Source: Eremomyces bilateralis CBS 781.70
Lineage: Eukaryota
Length of the DNA stretch: 64,000 nt
Direction: 5' to 3' (one strand)
Assembly: GCA_010015585.1 (NCBI GenBank)
Contig: ML975153.1
This document shows positions 23,992 through 36,535 of the stretch, piece by piece (within the stretch, counting starts at the first letter, position 1; every line of letters starts with the position of its first letter). A program made the position numbers and the translations under genes. The notes beneath the pieces are model-generated. The model saw only the letters and a program-made list of their open reading frames with translations. It searched no databases and was not told where the DNA came from.

Positions 23992-25876
23992 ATGTCGGAA
24001 CCTAATAAATCCGATGGAAATTGGAGCTCGAGTTCGACTACTCAACCCGAACCGCCTGTTTCAACCACTGGCCAAGCTTCCGCTGGTGACCAAGGTGAAG
24101 GCTCCGGGATGACTCAAGAAGATAGCCAAGCAGCGGGCAAGAAGAGGAAAAAGTCTAAAGCCAAACATGAAGGACCTGAAAGCGAGGGTGGAACCGATAC
24201 CGCTTCTGACAACCAGCAACTTCAGAACCTCATCGCAAGCAACCCCACCTTGAAAAAGCACTTTGCTGGATTGGAGCCCGAGAAGATGGAGGAAGCGCTT
24301 CGAAAGCTGAAATTGGAGGAGATCCTGTCCGGAATGGTATGATTGATCGAATTCCATTGCGTCCCTCGACATTCACCATGTTCACGGCTAATGACACCAG
24401 TCGCCGCCAAGTGCGAAGCGACAGAAGGACATGGCCGGATATAAGTTCTGGAAGACGCAGCCAGTGCCTGCCTTCGGTAGTTCACCTTGTCTTGATAGAT
24501 GCACTTGTGCTGATGGCTCTTAGATGACCAGCGCCCAACCGAGGAAGGTCCGATCAAGATGATCGAGATCGACCGAGTCTCGAAGAAGCCTGCTCCGCTG
24601 ATTGATGGGTTTGAATGGGTGACCATGAACCTTGACGATCCCGCAGAGGTATGGGACTACTTGCTAATATGAATTATCGATGACTTTCTAACCATGTGTG
24701 CAGTTGAGCGAGGTATACGAGCTGCTCTCCCATCACTACGTTGAGGACGATGAAGCCATGTTTCGGTTCAACTACTCTCCCGCTTTCTTTACCTGGTATG
24801 TGTCTCTCAATACGAACTGCGAAATCACGCTAACTTTTATAGGGCCTTGAAAGCTCCAGGGTGGACCAAAGATTGGCACATCGGTGTTCGAGCTACCAAA
24901 TCACGAAAGCTGGTTGCATTCATTTCGGGGATTCCAATCGGACTACGAGTGCGGAAGACGGTTCTGAAGAGCTCTGAGATCAATTTCCTCTGCATCCACA
25001 AAAAGCTGCGTTCAAACCGCCTTGCACCTGTGCTCATCAAGGAAGTCACTCGGCGCTGCTACCAGATCGGCACCTTTCAAGCCATCTACACTGTGGGCCA
25101 CATTCTACCCACCCCCGTGTCCACATGTCGATACTACCATCGATGTCTTGACTGGGAGAAACTATACGAGGTGGGCTTCTCGCCGCTTCCATCTGGATCC
25201 ACCGTCCAACGACAGATTATCAGATACAAGCTTCCGACCACCACATCCACCCCCGGACTCCGACCGATGAAGTCAAAGGATGTACCTGCTGTGCAATCCC
25301 TCCTCAAGAGATACCTCGATCGTTTCGAGCTGGCCCAAGAGTTCACTGAAGAGGAAGTTGAACATTGGCTTGTCCATCACGAGGATTCCGGGCGTGAGCA
25401 GGTGGTCTGGGCCTACGTCGTTGAAGAGGAAAACACCCATCGTATCACGGATTTCTTCTCCTTTTACAACTTGGAGTCCACCGTCATCGGTCATAAGAAG
25501 CACAATGCTGTCCGAGCAGCGTATTCCTTCTACTACGCCTCCGAAAAGGCGCTCACGGGAAATATGGCCGAGCTCAAGGTTCGCTTGAATGAATTGATGA
25601 AGGATGCGTTGATTCTGGCGAAGAATGTCAGCCCTCCCAACCCCCCTTTCTTTCATCTTGGTGTTAATGAGTTTCCAGGCCAAATTCGACGTTTTCAACG
25701 CGCTGAGTCTACTCGATAACCCGCTGTTCTTGGACGATCAAAAGTTCGGGATGGGCGACGGTCGGCTGCATTACTATCTCTACAACTACCGGGCGGCGCC
25801 TATTCAAGGCGGTCTCGATGCGCAGCAGAACGCGAGTGAGAAGCACATGGGTGGGATCGGCGTCGTCATGCTTTGA
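23992..25876 (+). CDS. NMT1: glycylpeptide N-tetradecanoyltransferase, 6 exons
   Basis: [66 protein letters not shown] and C-terminal GVVML. Confidence 0.97.
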
Positions 25877-26470
25877 GGGATGCTCGAATCTTGAGCAGAA
25901 AACTGTCGTTGCCGAACCAAGGTGCGTTGCGCGCCGTCCAAAGGTCTTTCACAAACCAATTCTCTGCAGGAGCGATTATCTTTTGGATCTACTTCAACGT
26001 GTGTATCTCTAGCCTTCGAGTGGTACTTTCGGTTCCAGCCACCAGTTCCACATGGGTGTATGCTACCTTGTTTCTCGGGGGTTCGACTGCGCAGGTTCAC
26101 ATGGATCGTAGCATGGAAAGGAGGGATGGGCTGTGAATTTAATTGTCACAGTGAGTGAAATCGGATGACCCGTATAGGCGGTGCATGTAGGTAGTTGCAA
26201 TTGCATAAATACTAGGAACGTCGGACAACATGGGGTAAAGTAGCTATCGGCTAATGATGATATTATCCTATATCATCCAAATGTCTGTCTAGGTTTGTGA
26301 TACTGATTGCTGAAGGCAAAACCATTCAGATCCGTGTCTCCGTACCCCTTATTGACTGAGGGATCAATGTGATCGGTATCAGGGGGTCTAGATGGTTGGG
26401 ATGGTGTAGGGATGAAATTCGGATAAAATTCCGAATAAAATAGGTCTGTGGTGCATATTATTATAATAAG

Positions 26471-27255
26471 AATCAATTTAACGTACTATCTGGATCCCTT
26501 TCGGGTCTATGAGCACGATATTCTATCTGGTCTGTCGAGGGAAAAAGTTTCCCCCCAGCCGAGGCTGCAGGTACATAAAATCCCGCCTCCTCCCCTTAGT
26601 AGAGTATCTCAATCATTGTTCATCTTTCCGCACGGGTCGGTGTTTCCGCCTAAGCGGAGAGCTTATTCTGGCACGTCGTGGAGGAGCTGGAACGGTTTCC
26701 AGTCCACTATTACTTCCTTCTCAACTTCCTTGGCCACCCGGTATTGCTCTAGGCCTCCCGCATCGATCAGCCACCTTGCTGCGTAGCGTACCTTGTCCCT
26801 GTCATGCAATATCCTCTTAAAGTCCGTTGTTCCAGCTCGTTGGAGGAGCGCGATCCTCTGGTAGGTCCGCTGCGGGCAAAACGCAAGGAGGTGGTAGAGA
26901 GACTGTCGGGGGGCACCGCACTCACACGCTGGGTGGATTCCAGGGACACCGATTTTCGCGAGCCATCCTTTAACTCCAACTACCTCAGTCCGTAGTGCCA
27001 TAAACGCCGAGGCCTCGTGTTTCTGAAGGCCATCGAACCGGTTAAGACACTGGGTTTCCCACGGGTCCTTCCATGTCCTTGCTCTCCTTCCTGGTTTGGC
27101 CGCTTCGGCTTGCCATCTCTCCCTTCATTTCGCCCGATACTCATCCTGGATCATTCGGTGCGGGCCTTTTCGCTGTTGTGTCTGATATCCCCTAGCTGGT
27201 GCATATGCCTGGAGGAACGAAGTTCCGTAAGGTCTTTGTGGACGCCTGAGGGCCA
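26471..27255 (-). mobile_element. 5'-truncated Tad-like non-LTR retrotransposon (3' end of ORF2 plus UTR)
   Basis: ...WKDPW...GLQKHEASAFMALRTEVVG...CECGAPRQSLYHLLAFCP (C-terminal CCHC knuckle)...AARWLI..GGLEQY. An upstream in-frame TGA sits where Trp is expected. Boundaries approximate. Confidence 0.8.
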
Positions 27256-27458
27256 ACTTTTCTCCCAACTCAAACTTAAATCACATGATATTCACGTGAG
27301 TTTCACGTGATTTCCGTTCCTTCACCCCAACCTTCGTCGACATCGCGATCGCCGCCCGATTTAGCCCGTATGATATGATTCTAACGAGCTATGAAACTAC
27401 ACGCTCGGCATCGTTCACTCGCCGTTCGCTGACACCGCCTGATTCTGACCCCGCGCCT

Positions 27459-27540
27459 GACTGAGTCCGATCGTCGGGACTCAATCCGATCGTTGAGACT
27501 TGACTCTGATTGTCAAGACTGACTCCGATCATAAAGACTC
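27459..27540. repeat. degenerate 19-20-bp minisatellite x4 (GACT..TCCGATCGT...)
   Basis: Units gactgagtccgatcgtcgg / gactcaatccgatcgttga / gacttgactctgattgtcaa / gactgactccgatcataaa. Confidence 0.75.
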
Positions 27541-29688
27541 GAGAAAAAGAGGAGGGATGCGAGGGAAAAAAAAGAGGCGAAGTCTCCCCATCATTAAGCG
27601 ATCAATGTTACAAAGGGTCGGTTTTCAATGTCTCTCGCCCTATTTGCGCTCTGCTAGCCAATCTACTTTGTATATCTAGGCCGCGTTTACTTCCCCTTAA
27701 TGTACCGTCCATCCCTCTTCTATTGACCAGTCCCAACGTTCCGCGTCTTAAATCATCCCCTCGCTCAGCCGTTCTAGCCTATTCTCGGCGGCGACCATAG
27801 GCTCGGGCACTCGATTACCGATAATGTCCCTTTCTCGCGCTCGAGACAGAAGCATGATCCCATCTAGGGATGGGCAGCGCGATAGTTGTACGTATAGGCC
27901 GTAGGCATCGCATTGACTGGGAACGGCCTGGCCATCGATGTTCGTCGTCCTCGCGCCGCGAAGTTCTAGCGCCACTCGGTCTAACGTCTTTCCTTGCACC
28001 TTATAATCCGTAGAGGCGAACGCCGCTGCGCACGGTAATCCTCGCCGGCTGACGGCGTGCATCTGCCACGGCCGCTTTCTCTAGGAGTCGATTTTGACAC
28101 TGACGGGTGCCAGGAGGATAGTGCCGGCTAGCATGCCCACGAAATCGTAGTCTCTCGTCGTCTCGGACGCCAGCACGATCCCGGCCGGAGGCCCGAAGTG
28201 GAGCATGGTATCGGCGTTGACGCGATGCCCGGGGAATTTCAGGTCGAGGATGACGTCTAACGCCGTATAGCGGGCGCCATTGACCAGCTTCAGGCCTTGG
28301 TGGGTGTTTTGATTTACGGTGATGGGCATCCCCTGGACGAACATAAAGATGGCGGGGACGGGGATGGCGCTGTCGTCCCCCTGACTTAACAGCATTAGGG
28401 CCTCCTCCTCCGTAGGCTGGCCATCTTTCCACTTGTGCTCGGACATGAAAATCCGAAGCACGCTTTGCCTTTGGCGTTGGAAGGACAGCGTGGCTTCGAC
28501 GTTCAGATTCCAGCGGTTCCGATTCAGCGGCGTGATAACCGTGATGCCGGACTCCCATGGGATACGTCGACCTTCCTGGTAGCACGTGTCGTTCAGAAAA
28601 TCCATATCGGACTGATCTTGTACGCCGTGCCGGATCCGCCTGAGGAGTTGCTGGAGTCGTGGATCTCCGGCGGCACGGACTTGTTCGTCGAGCATCACGA
28701 CCGTAGTAAACTTGTTCCACAGCGCGTGCGCTTTGTCGTGCTGGTGCCTCTGCTCTGCTCGGAAAGCTGTATCGTCGGTCCACGCAATAACTTGGCTGGG
28801 GAGAAGGATGGACCGCTCCTGGACCGGGCGGAACTGGCGGAAATCCCCGCAGAACACGATAATCGGGATCCCGCCAAAGTCGTCCGCATACCCTCGAAGT
28901 CGGCACAGCTGTTCGTTTACCATATACAGCGTCCGCGCACCCAGCATACTGACCTCGTCGATAATGAGCAGGAGCTTTTCCTACCACACGGCCCGGCTTC
29001 GTCCATCGACGCGGAGATTAGTTGAACTCCTAGGCGCGAATCTCTCCAGGTCCGTACTCCGACCCACCGACCGAGTCGTGTCTTTCGAGAACCCGCACGC
29101 GGAATGGATAGTAACCCCATCAATATTGGCTACCGCCGTTCCCGAGGTCGCTGTAACCAGTAGGCGGTGCGGGATCCCCTTCCTCGCGAACAGCGCCGCG
29201 ACCGCTCCGATGATCCGTGATTTTCCCGTCCCGCCCTCACCTCCAATAAATTGGCAGAGCTAGGGAACTCCGGACTCGTCGCGGTGGACCCGGTCTAGCT
29301 GGCGGCAGATAAGTCGAAATGCGATACTCTGCTTTCGATTCAAGGTAAACGACTCCTCTGCTAACTCCTTCCCAACCGCAGAAAACGATGTGGAGGGACC
29401 GAGCTGGACATTCATAGATGGACCGGCGTCCTATCCCGGGCCTTCCTCATCGGGAGCGGTGAAATGGACGTCGTGCTCCCCGAAACCGTCCGGCGCCCTG
29501 AACTCGGTAGTACTCTCCCCGACCGGCCCCTGAATCCCTTGGATCATCCTCTCTCTCTCGCGCGAGACGCTCTTTTGCTGCGCCTTAATCGACTTCAGCA
29601 GCTCCTGTGCCGGCACGACCGACGCCGCTAACTCGGTATACCCGTCTTCTTGGGTGCTAAGAGTTCCTGGCCCTTGCTCGAGGATGGT

Positions 29689-30530
29689 NNNNNNNNNNNN
29701 NNNNNNNNNNNNNNNNNNNNNNNNNNNNNNNNNNNNNNNNNNNNNNNNNNNNNNNNNNNNNNNNNNNNNNNNNNNNNNNNNNNNNNNNNNNNNNNNNNNN
29801 NNNNNNNNNNNNNNNNNNNNNNNNNNNNNNNNNNNNNNNNNNNNNNNNNNNNNNNNNNNNNNNNNNNNNNNNNNNNNNNNNNNNNNNNNNNNNNNNNNNN
29901 NNNNNNNNNNNNNNNNNNNNNNNNNNNNNNNNNNNNNNNNNNNNNNNNNNNNNNNNNNNNNNNNNNNNNNNNNNNNNNNNNNNNNNNNNNNNNNNNNNNN
30001 NNNNNNNNNNNNNNNNNNNNNNNNNNNNNNNNNNNNNNNNNNNNNNNNNNNNNNNNNNNNNNNNNNNNNNNNNNNNNNNNNNNNNNNNNNNNNNNNNNNN
30101 NNNNNNNNNNNNNNNNNNNNNNNNNNNNNNNNNNNNNNNNNNNNNNNNNNNNNNNNNNNNNNNNNNNNNNNNNNNNNNNNNNNNNNNNNNNNNNNNNNNN
30201 NNNNNNNNNNNNNNNNNNNNNNNNNNNNNNNNNNNNNNNNNNNNNNNNNNNNNNNNNNNNNNNNNNNNNNNNNNNNNNNNNNNNNNNNNNNNNNNNNNNN
30301 NNNNNNNNNNNNNNNNNNNNNNNNNNNNNNNNNNNNNNNNNNNNNNNNNNNNNNNNNNNNNNNNNNNNNNNNNNNNNNNNNNNNNNNNNNNNNNNNNNNN
30401 NNNNNNNNNNNNNNNNNNNNNNNNNNNNNNNNNNNNNNNNNNNNNNNNNNNNNNNNNNNNNNNNNNNNNNNNNNNNNNNNNNNNNNNNNNNNNNNNNNNN
30501 NNNNNNNNNNNNNNNNNNNNNNNNNNNNNN
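29689..30530. other. assembly gap (N run)
   Basis: Ns. Confidence 1.
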
Positions 30531-31207
30531 AGAGACGACTTCTACCTGTGATAACGGCCGCTCCGTGAAGATCCGGTTCGCGATTCTCATCAAAAACTGG
30601 CGTGTTTGGTTCTCACTACCGTTGCCCGTTATCGGGCCATCCGTTGCGCCCTCCTGCCGCTCCGCCGTCGCACCGTTATGAGCCGAGATGAGTTCTGCCG
30701 CTGCGGCCACCCGTTTTGACACCGGATCCTCGACTTTGGTTGCATAGTTCGTCAGGTAAAAGACGAGAGCCATGGTCTTACACTGCGTTCCGATGAACGA
30801 AATATCATGGTTATGACGCAGCCCTACCGCGATCGCCTTATTCCATCGATTCACCATGCTATGCGTCCGCCGAATCTGCAACACTCCCTCCTCGGTAAAC
30901 GCCGTCCTCTCTACCAATTTCCACGGCGCCTTAAACCGGCACAGGTCCTGATTCCTTCGTGTTTGCCCGTTAATAGAGTACTTTACACACGTCGGGCTAT
31001 GGGTGTGGATCTGCGTAGCCCCAGCGCAGAGGTTGGCCTCCTCTTCAAACGCGGCGGCGAATTGCTCGCGATTAGCTAGCAATGGCGATATGTCCGACGT
31101 TACGGACCGTTCCGCCCGAACGGCGGAAAATGCCTCGTAATCGAGATCCTACATCGTTTAGCCTTACTTTCGACTACCGTTGCTTTATATGGTTACGATA
31201 GGGCGGA

Positions 31208-31633
31208 NNNNNNNNNNNNNNNNNNNNNNNNNNNNNNNNNNNNNNNNNNNNNNNNNNNNNNNNNNNNNNNNNNNNNNNNNNNNNNNNNNNNNNNNNNNNN
31301 NNNNNNNNNNNNNNNNNNNNNNNNNNNNNNNNNNNNNNNNNNNNNNNNNNNNNNNNNNNNNNNNNNNNNNNNNNNNNNNNNNNNNNNNNNNNNNNNNNNN
31401 NNNNNNNNNNNNNNNNNNNNNNNNNNNNNNNNNNNNNNNNNNNNNNNNNNNNNNNNNNNNNNNNNNNNNNNNNNNNNNNNNNNNNNNNNNNNNNNNNNNN
31501 NNNNNNNNNNNNNNNNNNNNNNNNNNNNNNNNNNNNNNNNNNNNNNNNNNNNNNNNNNNNNNNNNNNNNNNNNNNNNNNNNNNNNNNNNNNNNNNNNNNN
31601 NNNNNNNNNNNNNNNNNNNNNNNNNNNNNNNNN
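31208..31633. other. assembly gap (N run)
   Basis: Ns. Confidence 1.
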
Positions 31634-34600
31634 AGCGGGTCCGAGATCGCCAGCCGTGCTCGCTTGTACGCTAGATCTAGACTCGTTAAGAAGGCTTCAG
31701 CCACCTCTGGATCCCGGGTCCGATACGCAGCAAGCCGGAGCTTGATCGGATTGGTTATATCGTTCGGATTCAGCGTGAACCAGATTGCCGGAATACCATC
31801 CCGAATGATGAGGGACTGGATCTTGCGCCGCATGCTTAAACGACTCTCCCTCGACATCGGCTGGCGATATCCATACAGCGATAGGCTCCTTAAGAGCCTA
31901 TTAACGTCCTCGTCGCTCGTCGTTCGCGAGACCTCTAATTCGCCCTTGGCACGCTCTAGCCGCTCCGCGTTCAGCGAACGTACGATACACTCGACTGCGG
32001 GGAAATCTTTCCTTGCGACACTCGCCATACTGGCACGGCGATTCCTTGACCGGACGCCTACATTAAAAACAAGAAAGGGAAAGATGTGGTATAACGCGAA
32101 TCGACCACCGTGACGCTAGAGGACTAGTTTAGCCCACGTCTCGAGGCTCATGTTCCGTGATATAATAAGGCCCCTCAGCCGATCAGCCGCTTCGATGCCT
32201 ACGTCCCTCGCCCCAGCGACGTCCTGGATGCTCTTATCCGCCTGAAGTGGGCCCCCACGACCGAGAGGGAACAGCGTTGGGAACGTCTTTGCGAAAAACC
32301 GTGCATCGAACGGATCGGCAAAGTCCTCGCCCCGGTTTACCACGATATACGGCTCGGCACCGTTCCAACGCCGCACCTCTGCCGTCCCACCCCGTCGTTT
32401 ATTACCCGGATCCTGTTGGCCTAGTGCGTCACGAACGTACTGTAACTTCTCCCCGTTCGCGATATCCGGTCCCTTATCTAGTGCGAATATGCCAGATGAA
32501 CTGGTTTCATGAACGGGGACTGCAGCATCGCCAAGGACCCTATCCCTATCCCTATCGGTAGCATCGCCCTGTTCCATTTCTTCTGTTACCTCCTGGCTAG
32601 TCTCGATATCGTCCCCCTGACCTAACGTAGCCAGCACTTCTCGAATATCTACTGCTTCTCCCTCGTCTAGGCCACGCTCCGTAGACGGGACTACCTGCCC
32701 GGTTCGTGCCTTCTCCTGCGCCGACGGCTCGTCCCGTCTTAACCGCTCATATACTCGAGATGGTACCCCGTGTAAGGGCGCATCCCAGCTGTCCAATTCC
32801 GCCACGTCGATCTCGATGTGCCTATATAGCGGATTATGCCGCTTTAGCTACACTAGTGCTTTCTCTACCACCCGACGCCGAACCGATAGAAGGACCGATA
32901 GATCGCTTGGTACTGGCTTCTCCGACCCCTGCCAGGACATATGAATCTCGTCGACTACCTTCAGGAGCGGATGCGGGAGGACGTTGGCCACCAGCTCCTG
33001 CACGTTATTTGGGAAGACGGTGATATGCCCCTTAACATGCCTTCTATACCTTACTCCTTGCCTCGGACCATTAGGGATACTATACTAGGCGATGAAGCCG
33101 TAGCACGAATTCAGCGCGATAAGCTTCTCCTCGATCGGCGTCAGATCCTTCAATTCACCGGGGAACATATGCTCGTACCCGAGTCGGTCGTGTAACTGGG
33201 CGGCTAGAGATAGACTACCTTTCTCTAAGTGCTTCAGACAGGAACCACACCCGTCAATGCTCTTCCCGATAGGGAAACACTTGATACATTGAAAAGGTGA
33301 ATCTTGACGCTTCTCAATAGGACTACCGATCCACCGCTGCCATGCTACTTCCTGTAGCTCGATCCGACCGTACTTGCCATAACAAAACATGCAAGTGAGT
33401 ATCGGCAACGTGTTCACATCATGGAACGCTTCATAGAACTCCTGGACGGTATTAACCTTGCTCCTGGTTGGGATCGGCGCACACCACGCCTGGTTATAAG
33501 AGAGCTGCTCTTTCTCGGCAAATTCGTTATCTAATCCACGCATAACGCCGTCGAGCTCTCTCCTTTGCTCCTCTTCACTCCACTCCGAACGGTCCGCTCT
33601 TCGGACGCGTTTGGAGGGCGTCTTACGAGAAATGGCCGACCCGGACCTCCTCCGTCCCAAATGGGATCGGTTCGCTACGACCGCAGGGCTGATCTCGCTC
33701 GAACCGTGCTTAGTACTACCAGCTACCTCGCCGGACGACGTCGCCCTCGGCATCGCACTCGGCGTCTGAGTCCGCCGGCGGCGGGATCTCCCATCTATTC
33801 TGGCCTGCTCGTCTTCTCTCTCGAATTCTTCAGCAATGTCCACTGACGTCCGAAGACCTAGGCCTGCGAGCACTGATCCATCCCGGTTCGGATTTCGACC
33901 TTCTTAACCGTCTTCGAACTCCCGCTCCATCGTGTTAAGGACACTAGCAGGTGTCCGCAACTCTATACCCGCCTGCGCCATGCGCTCCCGATATAATGCG
34001 CTCTAACGACGGAACCGGTCGGATGAACTCCCCTCGCCTTGACAGTGGCCCTCCATAACGGATTCGAATCAATTGAAGTACCGGCTTATCTAGATTCGTA
34101 ACTCCTGTCGCGATATACAGGCTATCCTCTTAAAACTCGAACTAATCAGTCGACCGAACAGTATCCCTTATCCCGTCCTGGCTCTGTAGACTACTTACGA
34201 TCCCAATCCCTCCCCCACTCCACCACCGTTCAACCGCAGACACGATCGCCCCCTAAGTCCTGGATCCCTTCACCTTGAACGCTACGAAACTTGGTCAACC
34301 AGCCTATCAATCTACGACTTCCAACTTTCCCCCATCATACCAGTCCGAACTCGTATTCTCATCTATCTTCTACGACTCATCTTCCGCGAAATTCGCTCCC
34401 CGTGACACGGCAACGTGCATGACATATCACCAACCCGCGCTCCGCGCTCTATTGTGTAACCTGTCTTATAGAATCTATTCCAATATTACGTCAACTTCTC
34501 TTTCTTTCTCCCGTCCTTTCCCCTCTTTCCCTCTCTTCCCTCTTCATTAATTGATCAGCCGACCCCTCTTTGCCTTTTATTTCCCTCATAACATCAGATA

Positions 34601-34720
34601 AAGTGGGAATTCCATCCCCACCTCGTGCTCCTCTCGACCGCCATATCAATCAACTCTTACCTCGATACTACGACCGTTAGATCACCCCTGATATCCCTCC
34701 CCTAACTGTGTTTACCCAAT

Positions 34721-35759
34721 ATGTCTCGACTACCCTCACTCTCGAATATCATTCATATTCGTGATTTTATTAATACCGTTACGAATAACCCGACTCGACA
34801 AGGCTCATCTAACTACGTTGAGATCTAAACCGACTTTAATATCTTCGAGGAAGACGGCTTCTACTATTCGGATGTCGTCGTCAAGCCTATTCGGGCGCGG
34901 ATTCGTGCCTATCTGACCCAAGAGCAGCGGGAACTGTTTATCCCTGACGCTTTCTTCTACGCAGACGGTCGCTTTTCTACTACCTTATCTGCAGATAATA
35001 CTTTGGAGATAAACGTCCAGGCACTCAGTCTGATAAGGCTCGTCTACCTACACTCGCATTATGACTCGACTAAACCGGTCTAGACATCCGGGTGACGTTT
35101 CGAACTTCGACGAGTACCGCCAACGTTTGCCAGACCAATGGTGTCCAATGGTAACCATCGTTGGCTCCGTGTCGTCTCGCAACAACGACAACTCCCTAGA
35201 CCCTGCCCACGCTCGCCGCTTCGTGATTGACACTTCCGTCTATAACGCCTCTAACGCCGCACCGGTTCCATATTCTATGGCCTGCTTCTTAGAGGATTCT
35301 AAACGTTGGGCAAAGGTGAAGATCCCTCAAGCAGGAACATTCATCACCCTTACCGCAAAGGTGGTGGGTCGTACGACTAACACGAACCTTCTGGCCCTCC
35401 GAATCCTGGATCTGGCCTATTTACCAAAACTTGCGTCCGCCGGACTCACGACGACCCCGACCACTCCCTCACCGTCGAAACGACCAAGTCGTTGGGAGGG
35501 CCGGCCCACTCCATCGACCCCTTCGAAAAGATCGCGCCTTACGGGGCCGGTCGATGAAATACCAACGCCATCGGACTCGAGCCTACATGACCTCTATCCA
35601 CCGCACCCAGACGGCACCGCAGACTCGCAATCTACTCCTACTTCTCCCTCTACTACGGCACACCCCGAAGGCTCCTCGAATATACCGGCTCTACCATCGA
35701 ACTTCAACAGCGGATCTCGGCCACATCGTAACCGTTATCCTCCTAAAAAATTGAGGTAG
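34721..35759 (+). pseudogene. Helitron accessory gene, beta-rich, possibly tandem OB-fold ssDNA-binding protein, with Ser/Pro/Thr tail
   Basis: ATG 34721, TAA at 34826 (likely from CAA), probable intron ~35038-35082, then PMVTIVGSV...FVIDTSVYN...CFL..SKRW..GTFITLTAKVVG...ILDLAYL. Confidence 0.6.
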
Positions 35760-36079
35760 CTGACTAGACCAAAAACATCGAGCGTACGCAACACAGAAGC
35801 GATCATAAGACAAAAATTAGGAGGATTTGGTAATGAACATAGTGCACGAATCCCTTTTCTCTTTCATTAGCATTCGAGTAGTAACAGTCCTATAGATACT
35901 AAATTGATCGACCTAGTTAGAGCTCTGACATACGTATCAAATTTAGTTCTCTGTTTCCCCAGAACACCAATAGAATAACAACCCTTTTGTGATGCTTATG
36001 TGATTATAATTCGACCCCTTTTTTAAAAGGACGTTCGAAAATTGTAAACTCTAGCTTCGTTCCTCCAGGCTCTCTTTCA

Positions 36080-36109
36080 GCGAACCCGCTTGCGGGTTCG
36101 CATCCCTTG
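36080..36109 (+). other. Helitron terminal hairpin plus CTTG end
   Basis: GCGAACCCGC-TT-GCGGGTTCGC, then ATCC, CTTG and T. Confidence 0.75.
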
Positions 36110-36535
36110 TTATTATAAAGGCAACCTTCCTGCCCCAAATCATCACGAGCGACGCTAGCACGTGATCTCTGCCTCATTCAGGGGACAAGCCACAGGCCTG
36201 GAACCGTAACAGTCTTACCCTAGAAAATACAGGTAAATCCGGAGTGTTTTATAGGTTATTTAACGACGAGACTGAGTGTTAGTACATATTCCGTACATCA
36301 GCTGGAATTTGAAAGTCGATGGTCCCGGTTCAATGATTTCATCGCGTCTAGGTCTCCTGAACCTATTCTAAATTTAGCACCTTCGACTCCACGTCCAACG
36401 AGCCGCCTTGTGTTTAAGGAATTCAAGCTCTCCCAGGCATTTCTCTAATTAACACTAACTAGTTAGGAACGCGGAAGTTTTAGATCGAAAGGAACATCCA
36501 TGCCAAGGCAGATTTGAGCTTACTACGTACGTACG

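Larger units (their letters stand above)
27748..33930 (-). pseudogene. Helitron Rep/PIF1-helicase (RepHel) with multiple in-frame stops; spans two N gaps
   Basis: LTPIEEKLIALNSC..KGHITVFPN, FAKTFPTLFPLGRGG, PAIWFTLNPND, NHDISFI..YLTNYATK (Rep catalytic Tyr motif), GEGGTGKS (Walker A), IIDEVSM, GDFRQFRPV, STDYKVQGKTL and YVQLSR. Confidence 0.92.
26458..36109. mobile_element. Helitron (rolling-circle transposon), degenerate, two divergent genes
   Basis: RepHel pseudogene plus second ORF. 10-bp-stem hairpin at 36080-36101 followed by CTTG|T. The left boundary is inferred and uncertain. Confidence 0.7.

Noticed and set aside
15028..25876. NMT1 near a myristoylation substrate (Rtc5 MGQGQS)
   Set aside because: Substrates are common; proximity at 7 kb is not evidence of a cluster.
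29628..31674. ORF-track entries filled with X
   Set aside because: Artefacts of N gaps; the Rep HUH motif probably lies in a gap and cannot be read.
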